From positions 30,001 through 62,000 of the forward strand of contig JBAZYG010000001.1 of NCBI GenBank assembly GCA_041659445.1: a DNA stretch of 32,000 bases, read 5' to 3'. The position numbers and the translations under genes are program-made. The notes under the pieces are model-generated. The model ran no database searches. It was not told the origin of the DNA and saw only the letters and a list, made by a program, of their open reading frames with translations. Source of the DNA: Candidatus Saccharimonadota bacterium. Lineage in GTDB: Archaea > Nanobdellota > Nanobdellia > Pacearchaeales > GW2011-AR1. This document shows positions 1-7,279 of this stretch, one piece after another (positions within the stretch are counted from its first letter, which is position 1; each line of letters starts with the position of its first letter).

Positions 1-2373
1 GAAAATAAAATTCATTCAGAATTTCCTTTAATGCCTGTTGATGTTAAAACAACTTATAATGACTGGAAAAAAATATTTGATAAGTTTGAAATTAATGATG
101 AAAGTATTTTAATTGGTCATAGTAGGGGCACTGCTTTTTTGGTAAAATGGTTGGGAGAAACTAAAAAGAAAGTTAAAAAATTAATTCTTGTTGCTCCTTG
201 GAAATTTGCAGATAAAAAACATAAAGAAACTTTTTATGATTTTAAAATTGATAATGAAATTAAAAATAGAATTAATGAAATAATAATTTTTACTTCAAAC
301 GATGAAGAAAAAGATGGAAAAAACAGTGTAAAAATTTTTTATGATTCTTTAGGCGGAAAAAAAATTGAATTAAAAAATCACGGACATTTTACTTTAGAAG
401 ATATGAAAACTGAAGAATTTCCTGAATTATTGAATGAAATTATAAAAAATCAGAAATGGCCAATTTTTACAACTCGTCCTGATACTATTTTTGGAGTTAC
501 TTTTTTAGTTATTTCAGCACAGCATCCTAGACTTTTTGAAATTGTTACTAAAGAACAAAAAAAAGAAGTTGAGAATTTTTTGAAAAAATTAAAATCTGTT
601 AGTGAAAAAGAGTTGCATCGAATCGAAGTCTCAGGAACAGAGTTCCTGGACTCGTCCTCGGAAGACCGAGAACGAAAGGAAGGGGTTTTCACAGGAAGTT
701 ATGCAATTAATCCTATTAATAATGAAAAAGTTCCAGTTTATGCTGGAAATTTTGTCGTCGCTGATTATGGCTGTGGAATGGTTATGGCTGTTCCTGCTCA
801 TGATCAAAGAGATTTTGAATTTGCAAAAAAATATAATTTAAAAATAAATCCTGTGATAATTCCTAGGCAAGATTATATAGATAGTTCTATTTTTAAATAC
901 TCTAAGTTTATTCCAAAATATTCTAATAAGCATTTTAGATTACCTTTTATTACAAATGAAGAAGAAAGAGAGGCTTGGGATTTTTTAAATGATCTTACAA
1001 AGAAGATTAAGAAAGGAGAAATTTGTTATACTGATGAAGAAGGTATATTAATCAATTCCGATAAATTTAATAATATATTTCAAGACCCTGCGATTGTAGA
1101 AATTCCTTTGTTTTTACAAAAAAAAGGTTTGGCAAAACATAATGTTTGTCAATATAAATTAAGAGATTGGTTAATTTCGCGTCAGAGATATTGGGGAACA
1201 CCCATACCTATTGTTTATTGTGATAAATGTGGAATTGTTCCAGTTTTGGAAAAAGACTTGCCTGTTAAATTACCTAAAGAGGTAAAGTTTGGAAAAGGAA
1301 ATCCTTTAGAGACAAATGAAAAATGGATAAATACAAAGTGTCCTAAATGTAAAGGAAAGGCAAGAAGAGAAACAGATACAATGGATACTTTTGTAAATTC
1401 TTCTTGGTATTTTTTAAGATATTGTGATTTTAATAATTCTAAAAAAATATTCGACGAGAAAAAAGTGAAATATTGGATGCCTATTGATTTGTATATTGGT
1501 GGAGCAGAACATGCTTGTATGCATTTAATTTATTGCAGATTTTATACTAAATTTTTGAGAGACTTGGGTTTATTGAATTTTGATGAACCTGCTAAAAAAT
1601 TATTTCATCAGGGAATGTTGCACGGAGAAGATGGAGAAAAAATGAGTAAGTCAAGTGGAAATACTGTTGATCCTATTGATGTTATTAAAAAATATTCTGC
1701 TGATTCTTTGAGGTTAGCTCTTATGAGTTTTGCTTCTCCAGATTCAGATACTAATTGGGATGAAAATGTTTTAATTGGAAATTACAAATTTTTGAATAAA
1801 GTTTATAGTAAGTTTGAAAACATTAAATTTGAAAAATCAGACGCAAAAACAGAAAGCAAATTAAATCAAACAATAAAAAAAGTTTCAGAAAATATTGAAA
1901 ATTTAAAATATAATCTAGCAATAATTTCTCTTCGTTCTTTTTTTGAAGGTTTGCCTGAAAAAACAAGCAAAGATGTTATTGAGAAGTTCTTGAAACTTTT
2001 AAGCCCTTTTTGTCCACATGTTTCAGAAGAATTATGGGAAAAAATTGGAAATAAGGGTTTTGTTTCTTTGGAAAAATGGCCAGAAGTTGATGAAAAAAAG
2101 ATAAATGAAAATTTCAATAAAGCAGAAGAAATGATTGAAAAATTATCTAATGATATAAATAATGTAATAAAAATTCTTGATAAAAAATCAAACAAGGTTT
2201 TTGTCTATTGTTTACCTAATGAATTAAATTTGTATAAAGAAGAATTAAATTTGATTAAAAAGAAAACAAATTTAAATGTTGAGATTTATGCTGTTAATGA
2301 TGTAAAGAAGCATGATCCAGAAAATAAATCCAAAAAAGCAAAGCCTGGTAAGCCTGCAATTTATTTAGAATAA
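1..2373 (+). CDS. leuS: 5'-partial fusion ORF: YdeN/RBBP9-like alpha/beta serine hydrolase domain (nt 1-450) joined in frame to bacterial-type leucyl-tRNA synthetase running from the CP1 editing domain to the C-terminus (nt 451-2373)
   Basis: The frame is open from nt 1, with no stop before the ATG at 31. The N-part has the GHSRG nucleophile elbow, FTSNDE, NHGHF and a TEEFPELL tail typical of the YdeN serine-hydrolase family. From aa 141 the LeuRS motifs are IFTTRPDTIFGVTF, AVPAHDQRD, RDWLISRQRYWGTPIP, GGAEHACMHLIYCRF and KMSKS. No HIGH motif is present in the visible part. Confidence 0.85.
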   Translation, partial: ENKIHSEFPLMPVDVKTTYNDWKKIFDKFEINDESILIGHSRGTAFLVKWLGETKKKVKKLILVAPWKFADKKHKETFYDFKIDNEIKNRINEIIIFTSNDEEKDGKNSVKIFYDSLGGKKIELKNHGHFTLEDMKTEEFPELLNEIIKNQKWPIFTTRPDTIFGVTFLVISAQHPRLFEIVTKEQKKEVENFLKKLKSVSEKELHRIEVSGTEFLDSSSEDRERKEGVFTGSYAINPINNEKVPVYAGNFVVADYGCGMVMAVPAHDQRDFEFAKKYNLKINPVIIPRQDYIDSSIFKYSKFIPKYSNKHFRLPFITNEEEREAWDFLNDLTKKIKKGEICYTDEEGILINSDKFNNIFQDPAIVEIPLFLQKKGLAKHNVCQYKLRDWLISRQRYWGTPIPIVYCDKCGIVPVLEKDLPVKLPKEVKFGKGNPLETNEKWINTKCPKCKGKARRETDTMDTFVNSSWYFLRYCDFNNSKKIFDEKKVKYWMPIDLYIGGAEHACMHLIYCRFYTKFLRDLGLLNFDEPAKKLFHQGMLHGEDGEKMSKSSGNTVDPIDVIKKYSADSLRLALMSFASPDSDTNWDENVLIGNYKFLNKVYSKFENIKFEKSDAKTESKLNQTIKKVSENIENLKYNLAIISLRSFFEGLPEKTSKDVIEKFLKLLSPFCPHVSEELWEKIGNKGFVSLEKWPEVDEKKINENFNKAEEMIEKLSNDINNVIKILDKKSNKVFVYCLPNELNLYKEELNLIKKKTNLNVEIYAVNDVKKHDPENKSKKAKPGKPAIYLE
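628..675 (+). other. Two adjacent GC-rich hairpins (628-651 and 652-675) occupying exactly 16 in-frame codons inside the leuS CP1 region
   Basis: Hairpin 1 is gtc-t-caggaac / aga / gttcctg-gac, 10 bp with a 1-nt bulge. Hairpin 2 is tcgt-c-ctcgg / aaga / ccgag-a-acga, 9 bp with one mismatch. Codons used here (cga, ctg, tcg, gac, gag, ttc) are atypical for this AT-rich genome. Confidence 0.6.
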
Positions 2374-2843
2374 TGGAAAAAAACAACTTGTTAAAAGATT
2401 TTGAAAGAGAATTTGAAAAATTTAAAAAAGAATATAAATTCAAGGCAAGTTTTGAAGAACTTGAAAAAGAATTTTCAATTAAAGACTTTGTTCTTGAAGA
2501 AGGATTTGTAAGAGAAGATTTTTCTATTTCGATTTGTTTAAGAATTGTTGATCATTTTAGAAATTGGGCAGGTTATTTGAATAATTTGCTTTTACCAAAT
2601 CCAAGTTTTATGGTTAGTTCTACAGAAGCAAAATTATTCAATTCTGAAAAAGATAGAAAAGAAATTTGGGAAGTTATTAAGAAATGTATGTATTTTTCAA
2701 GTAAGCATTCTTTAATTACGTTGAATAAGGACGATAAAATTCAAGCAGAATTTATTGATGAAGCTTTGAATTCTTGGAAAAATTATGTCAAGCCTTTTGT
2801 TAAAAAAACAATGCAAAGAATTTTTGATGCTTGGAAAGAATAG
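2373..2843 (+). CDS. hypothetical protein (156 aa), start overlaps the leuS stop (TAATG)
   Basis: Long ORF with native AT-rich codon usage. It is translationally coupled to leuS through a 1-nt overlap. I recognise no motif. Confidence 0.6.
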   Translation: MEKNNLLKDFEREFEKFKKEYKFKASFEELEKEFSIKDFVLEEGFVREDFSISICLRIVDHFRNWAGYLNNLLLPNPSFMVSSTEAKLFNSEKDRKEIWEVIKKCMYFSSKHSLITLNKDDKIQAEFIDEALNSWKNYVKPFVKKTMQRIFDAWKE

Positions 2844-2883
2844 TTTTAATTAATTATTTTGTAGTAATTTTTTAAAAGTAACA

Positions 2884-2891
2884 TTTATAAA
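2884..2891 (+). promoter_or_regulatory. TATA box (tttataaa) placed to start transcription at or next to the ATG at 2913 (leaderless mRNA)
   Basis: The tttataaa centre lies about 26 nt upstream of the ATG. The same spacing is seen at 18315-18322 and 22883-22890. Confidence 0.45.
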
Positions 2892-2912
2892 CAATAATTA
2901 TTAATAAAAATT

Positions 2913-3650
2913 ATGACAAATGCACAACCAAGAATTGAAAGAGCAACAATAAAATTGTGGGTTCCACATAATGATAAAGAAATTGCATTCATTTATCCTG
3001 CAGTTGGACCAAACACTTATTTAAATGTTGGAAAAGTAATATTAGGAAAAGGAATGAATGTTCCAACAGGAGATGAAACAGCTTCTTTGCTTTATTCTGC
3101 ATATTGTTCTGAATTGACAAATGAATCTGAATTTCAAGATGTAAAAAACATAATGGAAAAGAATTGGCTTTGGGTTTATAATCAAGATTTATGGACTGAT
3201 AAAGGTGTTTTTGTTGTAAAAGATTTAAAATCACTTGGAATAAGTCCATTTTTAAATGTTAATGAACTAGAAAAAAAGATATTAAAAGAAAATAATGCAA
3301 GAGAAATAAAAGGAATAAAATTCAGTGAAGATGGTTTAGTTAGATTTGCTCCTAAAGGAAGTTATACTCTCAGGAAAGTGTCTTCAGAAGATTTTGTAAA
3401 AAATGGATTTATAATTGCAAGTTGTGGAGAAAAAGGAGCAGAAAAACTTGGAGAAGTTTCTACTAAATTTAAAAATAAGCCTTATATTTATGGGTTAAAC
3501 ATTGAAGAAGGAAAATCACATGAACAAAGAATCTCTGCTGTCAGCGAGAGTGGTGATGGGTTCAACTTCAGTGGCTACGGTTGTGGTGGCGACTACAGGT
3601 GCCGTGCTTTGGGGTATGCGCAGACTAATTACTCACTCATTCAACAATAG
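2913..3650 (+). CDS. hypothetical protein (245 aa) with a compositionally aberrant Gly/Cys/Tyr-rich C-terminal tail
   Basis: Long ORF. The last ~35 codons (about 3540-3630) switch to GC-rich codons (ggc, tac, gac, tgc, cgt, gcg, cag). The ORF overlaps the convergent alaS 3' end by 14 nt. Confidence 0.55.
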   Translation: MTNAQPRIERATIKLWVPHNDKEIAFIYPAVGPNTYLNVGKVILGKGMNVPTGDETASLLYSAYCSELTNESEFQDVKNIMEKNWLWVYNQDLWTDKGVFVVKDLKSLGISPFLNVNELEKKILKENNAREIKGIKFSEDGLVRFAPKGSYTLRKVSSEDFVKNGFIIASCGEKGAEKLGEVSTKFKNKPYIYGLNIEEGKSHEQRISAVSESGDGFNFSGYGCGGDYRCRALGYAQTNYSLIQQ

Positions 3651-5361
3651 CCTTAATTCTTCTAACACCAGAAGAACTACTTTCTTCTTTAATTATTTTA
3701 AATTTTCCGATTTCTGAAGTATTTTTGACATGCGGACCTGTGCAAATTTCTTTTGAAAATTTTCCTATTGTATAAACAGAAACTTTGTTTCCATATTTGC
3801 TTTCAAATATTCCTTCTGCATGAGATTTTCTTGCTTGTTCCAATGACATTTCTTCTCGAATAACTGGAATTTTATTTTTTATTTGTTCATTTACCAAATT
3901 TTCAACATCTTGGATTTCTTTTTCTGTAAGTTTTCTTGAAAATGAAAAATCCAATCTTAATCTTTCTGGAGTTATATTTGAACCTTTTTGAATAATTTCT
4001 GAATTGTTTAAAACTTTTTTTAAAGATGCCAAAAGAAGATGTGCTGCAGTGTGTAATTTTGTTGTTTGTTCGCTGTGGTCTGCTAATCCTGATTTAAAAA
4101 CTCCTGCACTTGCTGTTTTTGATAATTCTTGATGTTTTTCTACTAAAGCTCCTGAGGCTGTTAAATCAAATGACAAATTTTTTTCTTTTGCTAATTCTTT
4201 TGTCATTTCAATTGGAAATCCGTAAGATTGATGTAATAAAAATCCGTCTTTTCCAGAAAGTTCTTTTTTATTTTGAGTCATTTTTTCAAAAATTTTCAAA
4301 CCATTTTCAAGAGTTAAATTAAATTTATCTTCTTCCTTTTGCAATTCGTTTAGTATTTTATCTTTGTTAAATTTGTAATCTTTGTAAATTTCAAAAACAG
4401 ATTCTGCAATTTTTGTTGTAAAATTTGTTAAATTTAATTTTCTTCCATAAATTATTGCTCTTCTTATTAATCTTCTTAAAATATATCCTTGTTCTTTATT
4501 TGAAGGAATTATCCCGTCGTGTATTAAAAAAACAGAAGCCTTTATGTGATCTGCAATTATTCTCATTATTTTTGTTTCTTCTTTATTTTTTCCATATTTT
4601 TTTTCAGATAATTTTTCTATTTTTTCAATTATTGGTTTCCACATATCTGCTAAATAATTGTCTTTTAATCCAGATAGAATCGCAACAGTTCTTTCAACCC
4701 CCATTCCTGTATCTACATTTTTTTGTTTTAATTCAGAGATTATCCATTTTTCACTTCCTTTTTTATCTATTTCTCTTTTTTCTAAATTCCATTCCATAAA
4801 AACATCATTCCAAATTTCGACATTATTCACAAACATTTCTGTATCTGGTCCACAAGGACCTATTTCTCCAGCAGGGCCCCACCAATTATCTTTTCCAGAT
4901 AAGAATTTAATTTTTTTTATTCCTAAAGATTTCCAAGTATTTGCTGATTCATCGTCTTTATTTGATTTAAAAAATTTCCCATTACCATTAAAGCAGGTTA
5001 CTGCTAATTTTTCTTTTGGAATATTAAGAAATTTTGTCAAGAATTCAAAACTATATTCAATTGCCTGTTTTTTCCCATAATCTCCCAAAGACCAGTTTCC
5101 AAGCATTTCAAAAAACGTGTGATGAATTTCATCTCCGACTTCATCAATATCTTTAGTTCTTATACATTTTTGTAATCCGACTAGTCTTTTTCCTTGAGGG
5201 TGTTTTTGCCCTAATAAAAATGGAACTAACGGATGCATTCCAGCTGTTGTAAATAATACTGTTGGGTCGTTTTCTGGAATCAATGAATGATTTTCAATTA
5301 TTTCATGATCTTTCTTTTTAAAAAATTCAAGATATTTTTGTATTAATTCTGTTCTTTTCAT
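3637..5361 (-). CDS. alaS: alanyl-tRNA synthetase, short bacterial-like form (catalytic, tRNA-recognition and editing domains; no C-Ala domain)
   Basis: Core motifs are FTTAGMHP, GPCGPDTEMF and WNDVFMEWN. Editing motifs are HxxxH (HTAAHLL) and CxxxH (CTGPHV). The protein is 574 aa and ends shortly after the editing domain. Confidence 0.9.
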   Translation of the reverse strand: MKRTELIQKYLEFFKKKDHEIIENHSLIPENDPTVLFTTAGMHPLVPFLLGQKHPQGKRLVGLQKCIRTKDIDEVGDEIHHTFFEMLGNWSLGDYGKKQAIEYSFEFLTKFLNIPKEKLAVTCFNGNGKFFKSNKDDESANTWKSLGIKKIKFLSGKDNWWGPAGEIGPCGPDTEMFVNNVEIWNDVFMEWNLEKREIDKKGSEKWIISELKQKNVDTGMGVERTVAILSGLKDNYLADMWKPIIEKIEKLSEKKYGKNKEETKIMRIIADHIKASVFLIHDGIIPSNKEQGYILRRLIRRAIIYGRKLNLTNFTTKIAESVFEIYKDYKFNKDKILNELQKEEDKFNLTLENGLKIFEKMTQNKKELSGKDGFLLHQSYGFPIEMTKELAKEKNLSFDLTASGALVEKHQELSKTASAGVFKSGLADHSEQTTKLHTAAHLLLASLKKVLNNSEIIQKGSNITPERLRLDFSFSRKLTEKEIQDVENLVNEQIKNKIPVIREEMSLEQARKSHAEGIFESKYGNKVSVYTIGKFSKEICTGPHVKNTSEIGKFKIIKEESSSSGVRRIKAIVE

Positions 5362-5383
5362 TATAAGAATAAAATAATGTTTA

Positions 5384-5392
5384 TTTTAAATA
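5384..5392 (-). promoter_or_regulatory. TATA-like element about 26 nt upstream of the alaS ATG (leaderless arrangement)
   Basis: ttttaaata on the plus strand is centred ~27 nt from the alaS start codon at 5361. Confidence 0.35.
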
Positions 5393-5409
5393 TTTTTATA
5401 AACAAGAAT

Positions 5410-5787
5410 TTACAATTTTTCATCAAGTTTTTTTAGTCTTTCTTGAATTTCTTCTAATTCTTGTTCTAAACTACTTTTTTGTGGTTTTTTTTCTATGGAT
5501 TTTTTAAGTTCTTTTAATTGAGAATTTTCTTTTGATGACTTTTTTAAGAATTTTGGTTTTTCTATTTCTGGAAGCAATTTATCTAATTTTCCCAAATTAG
5601 CATTAATAATTTTTATTTTAGAATTCATTTTTATTTTATTTTTTAATTCAAGAGATCTTAATTTTTGAAATTCTTTTATTTTTACAATTAACTTGATTAA
5701 TTCTGATTGCATTAGTAAAAGGTCTTTTTTGGCCAAAATTGCTTCATTATTTTCAAATTTTAAGTGAATCAATTTTTCTGATTCCAT
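5410..5787 (-). CDS. coiled-coil hypothetical protein (125 aa)
   Basis: K/E/L-rich heptad-like sequence. Its start lies 2 nt after the stop of the upstream gene (5790-6386). Confidence 0.55.
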   Translation of the reverse strand: MESEKLIHLKFENNEAILAKKDLLLMQSELIKLIVKIKEFQKLRSLELKNKIKMNSKIKIINANLGKLDKLLPEIEKPKFLKKSSKENSQLKELKKSIEKKPQKSSLEQELEEIQERLKKLDEKL

Positions 5788-5789
5788 GT

Positions 5790-6386
5790 TTAGATTTTAG
5801 AAAAGATATCTCTATCTACTTTTTCAATTCTGTTTTTAATATTTTGTAATTCTGTTTCCCATTCTTGTATAGTTTTTTCTTCTTTTTGTTTAATGTCTTT
5901 TGTTTCTTCAAGTAGGTTTGAAATTTCTCTTAAATTTTCTTTTGTTTCTTTAAAGATTGTTTGAGCTTCTTCAAATTTATCTAACCTTACAAATATTGGG
6001 CCTTTTTCTGTAGGCATTATTTTTGAGTTTTTTGAAAATTCAGAAGATTTATATTCGTAATTATCATCAATTTCTCGAGTAACTCTTTTATTTTTATCAT
6101 TTAAATTCCAATTTTGTTGTAGTGGATTTTGCATCATTAAATTTTTAGGATAATTTAACTCATCTGCTGAATCCTCTATTTCCTCTTCTTCACCCATTAC
6201 AGCTTCTTTTATAGTATCTCTTGAGAATTTATTACCATAAGAGTTTCTTGGAAAACTTGGTAATTTAGAAATTTCTTCGTCTGATTCAAAGTCTTTAATG
6301 TCTGGAAGTTCAGGAAGTTCCGGTAATAAAGGGAGTTCAGGTAAACTTGGAACCTCTTTTTTTTCTTTTTTGTTGAATAGTGGCAT
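5790..6386 (-). CDS. hypothetical protein (198 aa) with N-terminal PELP repeats, an acidic middle and a C-terminal coiled coil
   Basis: The N-terminus reads PSLPELPLLPELPELPD. The C-terminus reads GPIFVRLDKFEEA...IEKVDRDIFSKI. It is tightly coupled to the downstream coiled-coil ORF. Confidence 0.6.
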   Translation of the reverse strand: MPLFNKKEKKEVPSLPELPLLPELPELPDIKDFESDEEISKLPSFPRNSYGNKFSRDTIKEAVMGEEEEIEDSADELNYPKNLMMQNPLQQNWNLNDKNKRVTREIDDNYEYKSSEFSKNSKIMPTEKGPIFVRLDKFEEAQTIFKETKENLREISNLLEETKDIKQKEEKTIQEWETELQNIKNRIEKVDRDIFSKI

Positions 6387-6492
6387 TTTGTATATACTCT
6401 AATATATATAAGATAACATATAGGTTTAAAAATCTTTTTTATTTAAAGTATTAAACCGAAAGGTATTTATTTAAAGTAAATCTATTAAAAAA

Positions 6493-7272
6493 ATGTTAGA
6501 CAAATTATTAAAGGAAGTAGTTACTCTTACCGTCGGAAAACAAGCAGAAGGAGTTGCAGATTTATTAAATTCTAAAATTTACATTAATGAATTTGTAATT
6601 GCCAAAAAACTAAATTTAACAATTAACCAAGCCCGAAATATTTTATATAAAATCTCAGATGAGGGGTTGGTTTCATCTGTTAGAAAAAAAGATAAGAAAA
6701 AAGGTTGGTACACTTATTATTGGAAATTTGAAATTATAAAAGCATTAGAATTTCTTAAAAATCATTTGTTAAAAGATATGGAAGGTTTAAAGCAAAAAAT
6801 AAAAGAAAGAGAACATACTGTTTATTACATTTGTAAAAGATGCAATATTGAAGTTAATGAAGAACAAGCATTGACTTTGGATTTTGGTTGTCCTGAATGT
6901 GGAAGTGTTTTTGAAATAAAAGACAATTCTGCTTTGATTAAAGAGATTAATAAAGAATTGCTTAAACTTGAAGAAAAAATGAAAATTGTTGACGAAGAAA
7001 TTGGAAAAGAAAGAGGTCAATTGGAAAAGAAAAAAATGAAAGAACTTAAAGTAGTTGAAAAAGAAAAACAAGAAAGAAAAGCATTGGCTGTTGCAAAAAG
7101 AAAAAAAACAAGAATGGAAACATTAAAAAAATCTATGCCAAAAAAAGGTAAGAAAATTGTAAAAAAAGAAAAACCTAAAACCAATAAAAAAAGAATAATT
7201 TCTCATAAATCTAAAATTTCTAAGTCAAAGACAAAATCTAAGAAACCTGTTAAAAAAATAAAAAAGAAATGA
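6493..7272 (+). CDS. tfe: transcription factor E (TFE-alpha/TFIIE-alpha homolog) with a long Lys-rich C-terminal extension
   Basis: N-terminal winged-helix region followed by a zinc ribbon (CKRC...CPECG). After that come ~100 aa of coiled-coil and K-rich tail. Confidence 0.8.
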   Translation: MLDKLLKEVVTLTVGKQAEGVADLLNSKIYINEFVIAKKLNLTINQARNILYKISDEGLVSSVRKKDKKKGWYTYYWKFEIIKALEFLKNHLLKDMEGLKQKIKEREHTVYYICKRCNIEVNEEQALTLDFGCPECGSVFEIKDNSALIKEINKELLKLEEKMKIVDEEIGKERGQLEKKKMKELKVVEKEKQERKALAVAKRKKTRMETLKKSMPKKGKKIVKKEKPKTNKKRIISHKSKISKSKTKSKKPVKKIKKK

Positions 7273-7279
7273 GGATTCT

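Noticed and set aside
617-627. 11-mer atcgaatcgaa in leuS is the reverse complement of ttcgattcgat at 12916-12926, hinting at a shared mobile repeat
   Set aside because: The match is only 11 nt and is itself a tandem ttcga repeat of low complexity. The flanking sequences do not align. It is worth a genome-wide search, but it is not evidence on its own.
450-2195. ORFs 450-692(-), 602-841(+) and 1866-2195(-) inside leuS
   Set aside because: These are antisense or alternative-frame shadows of a Lys/Glu-rich gene (AAA/GAA read as TTT/TTC), giving Phe/Ser/Leu-rich nonsense proteins. The 602-841 frame is kept open only by the GC-rich insertion.
3502-3717. 71-aa alternative-frame ORF across the GC island and the alaS 3' end
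   Set aside because: It overlaps two better-supported genes and owes its openness to the GC-rich patch. It has no independent start context.
4110-5080. Three plus-strand ORFs (4110-4322, 4425-4799, 4658-5080) opposite alaS
   Set aside because: They are low-complexity F/L-rich translations antisense to a clearly conserved AlaRS. They have no promoters and no motifs.
6787-7071. 94-aa minus-strand ORF inside tfe
   Set aside because: It is an antisense shadow of the K/E-rich TFE tail, translating to poly-F/N.
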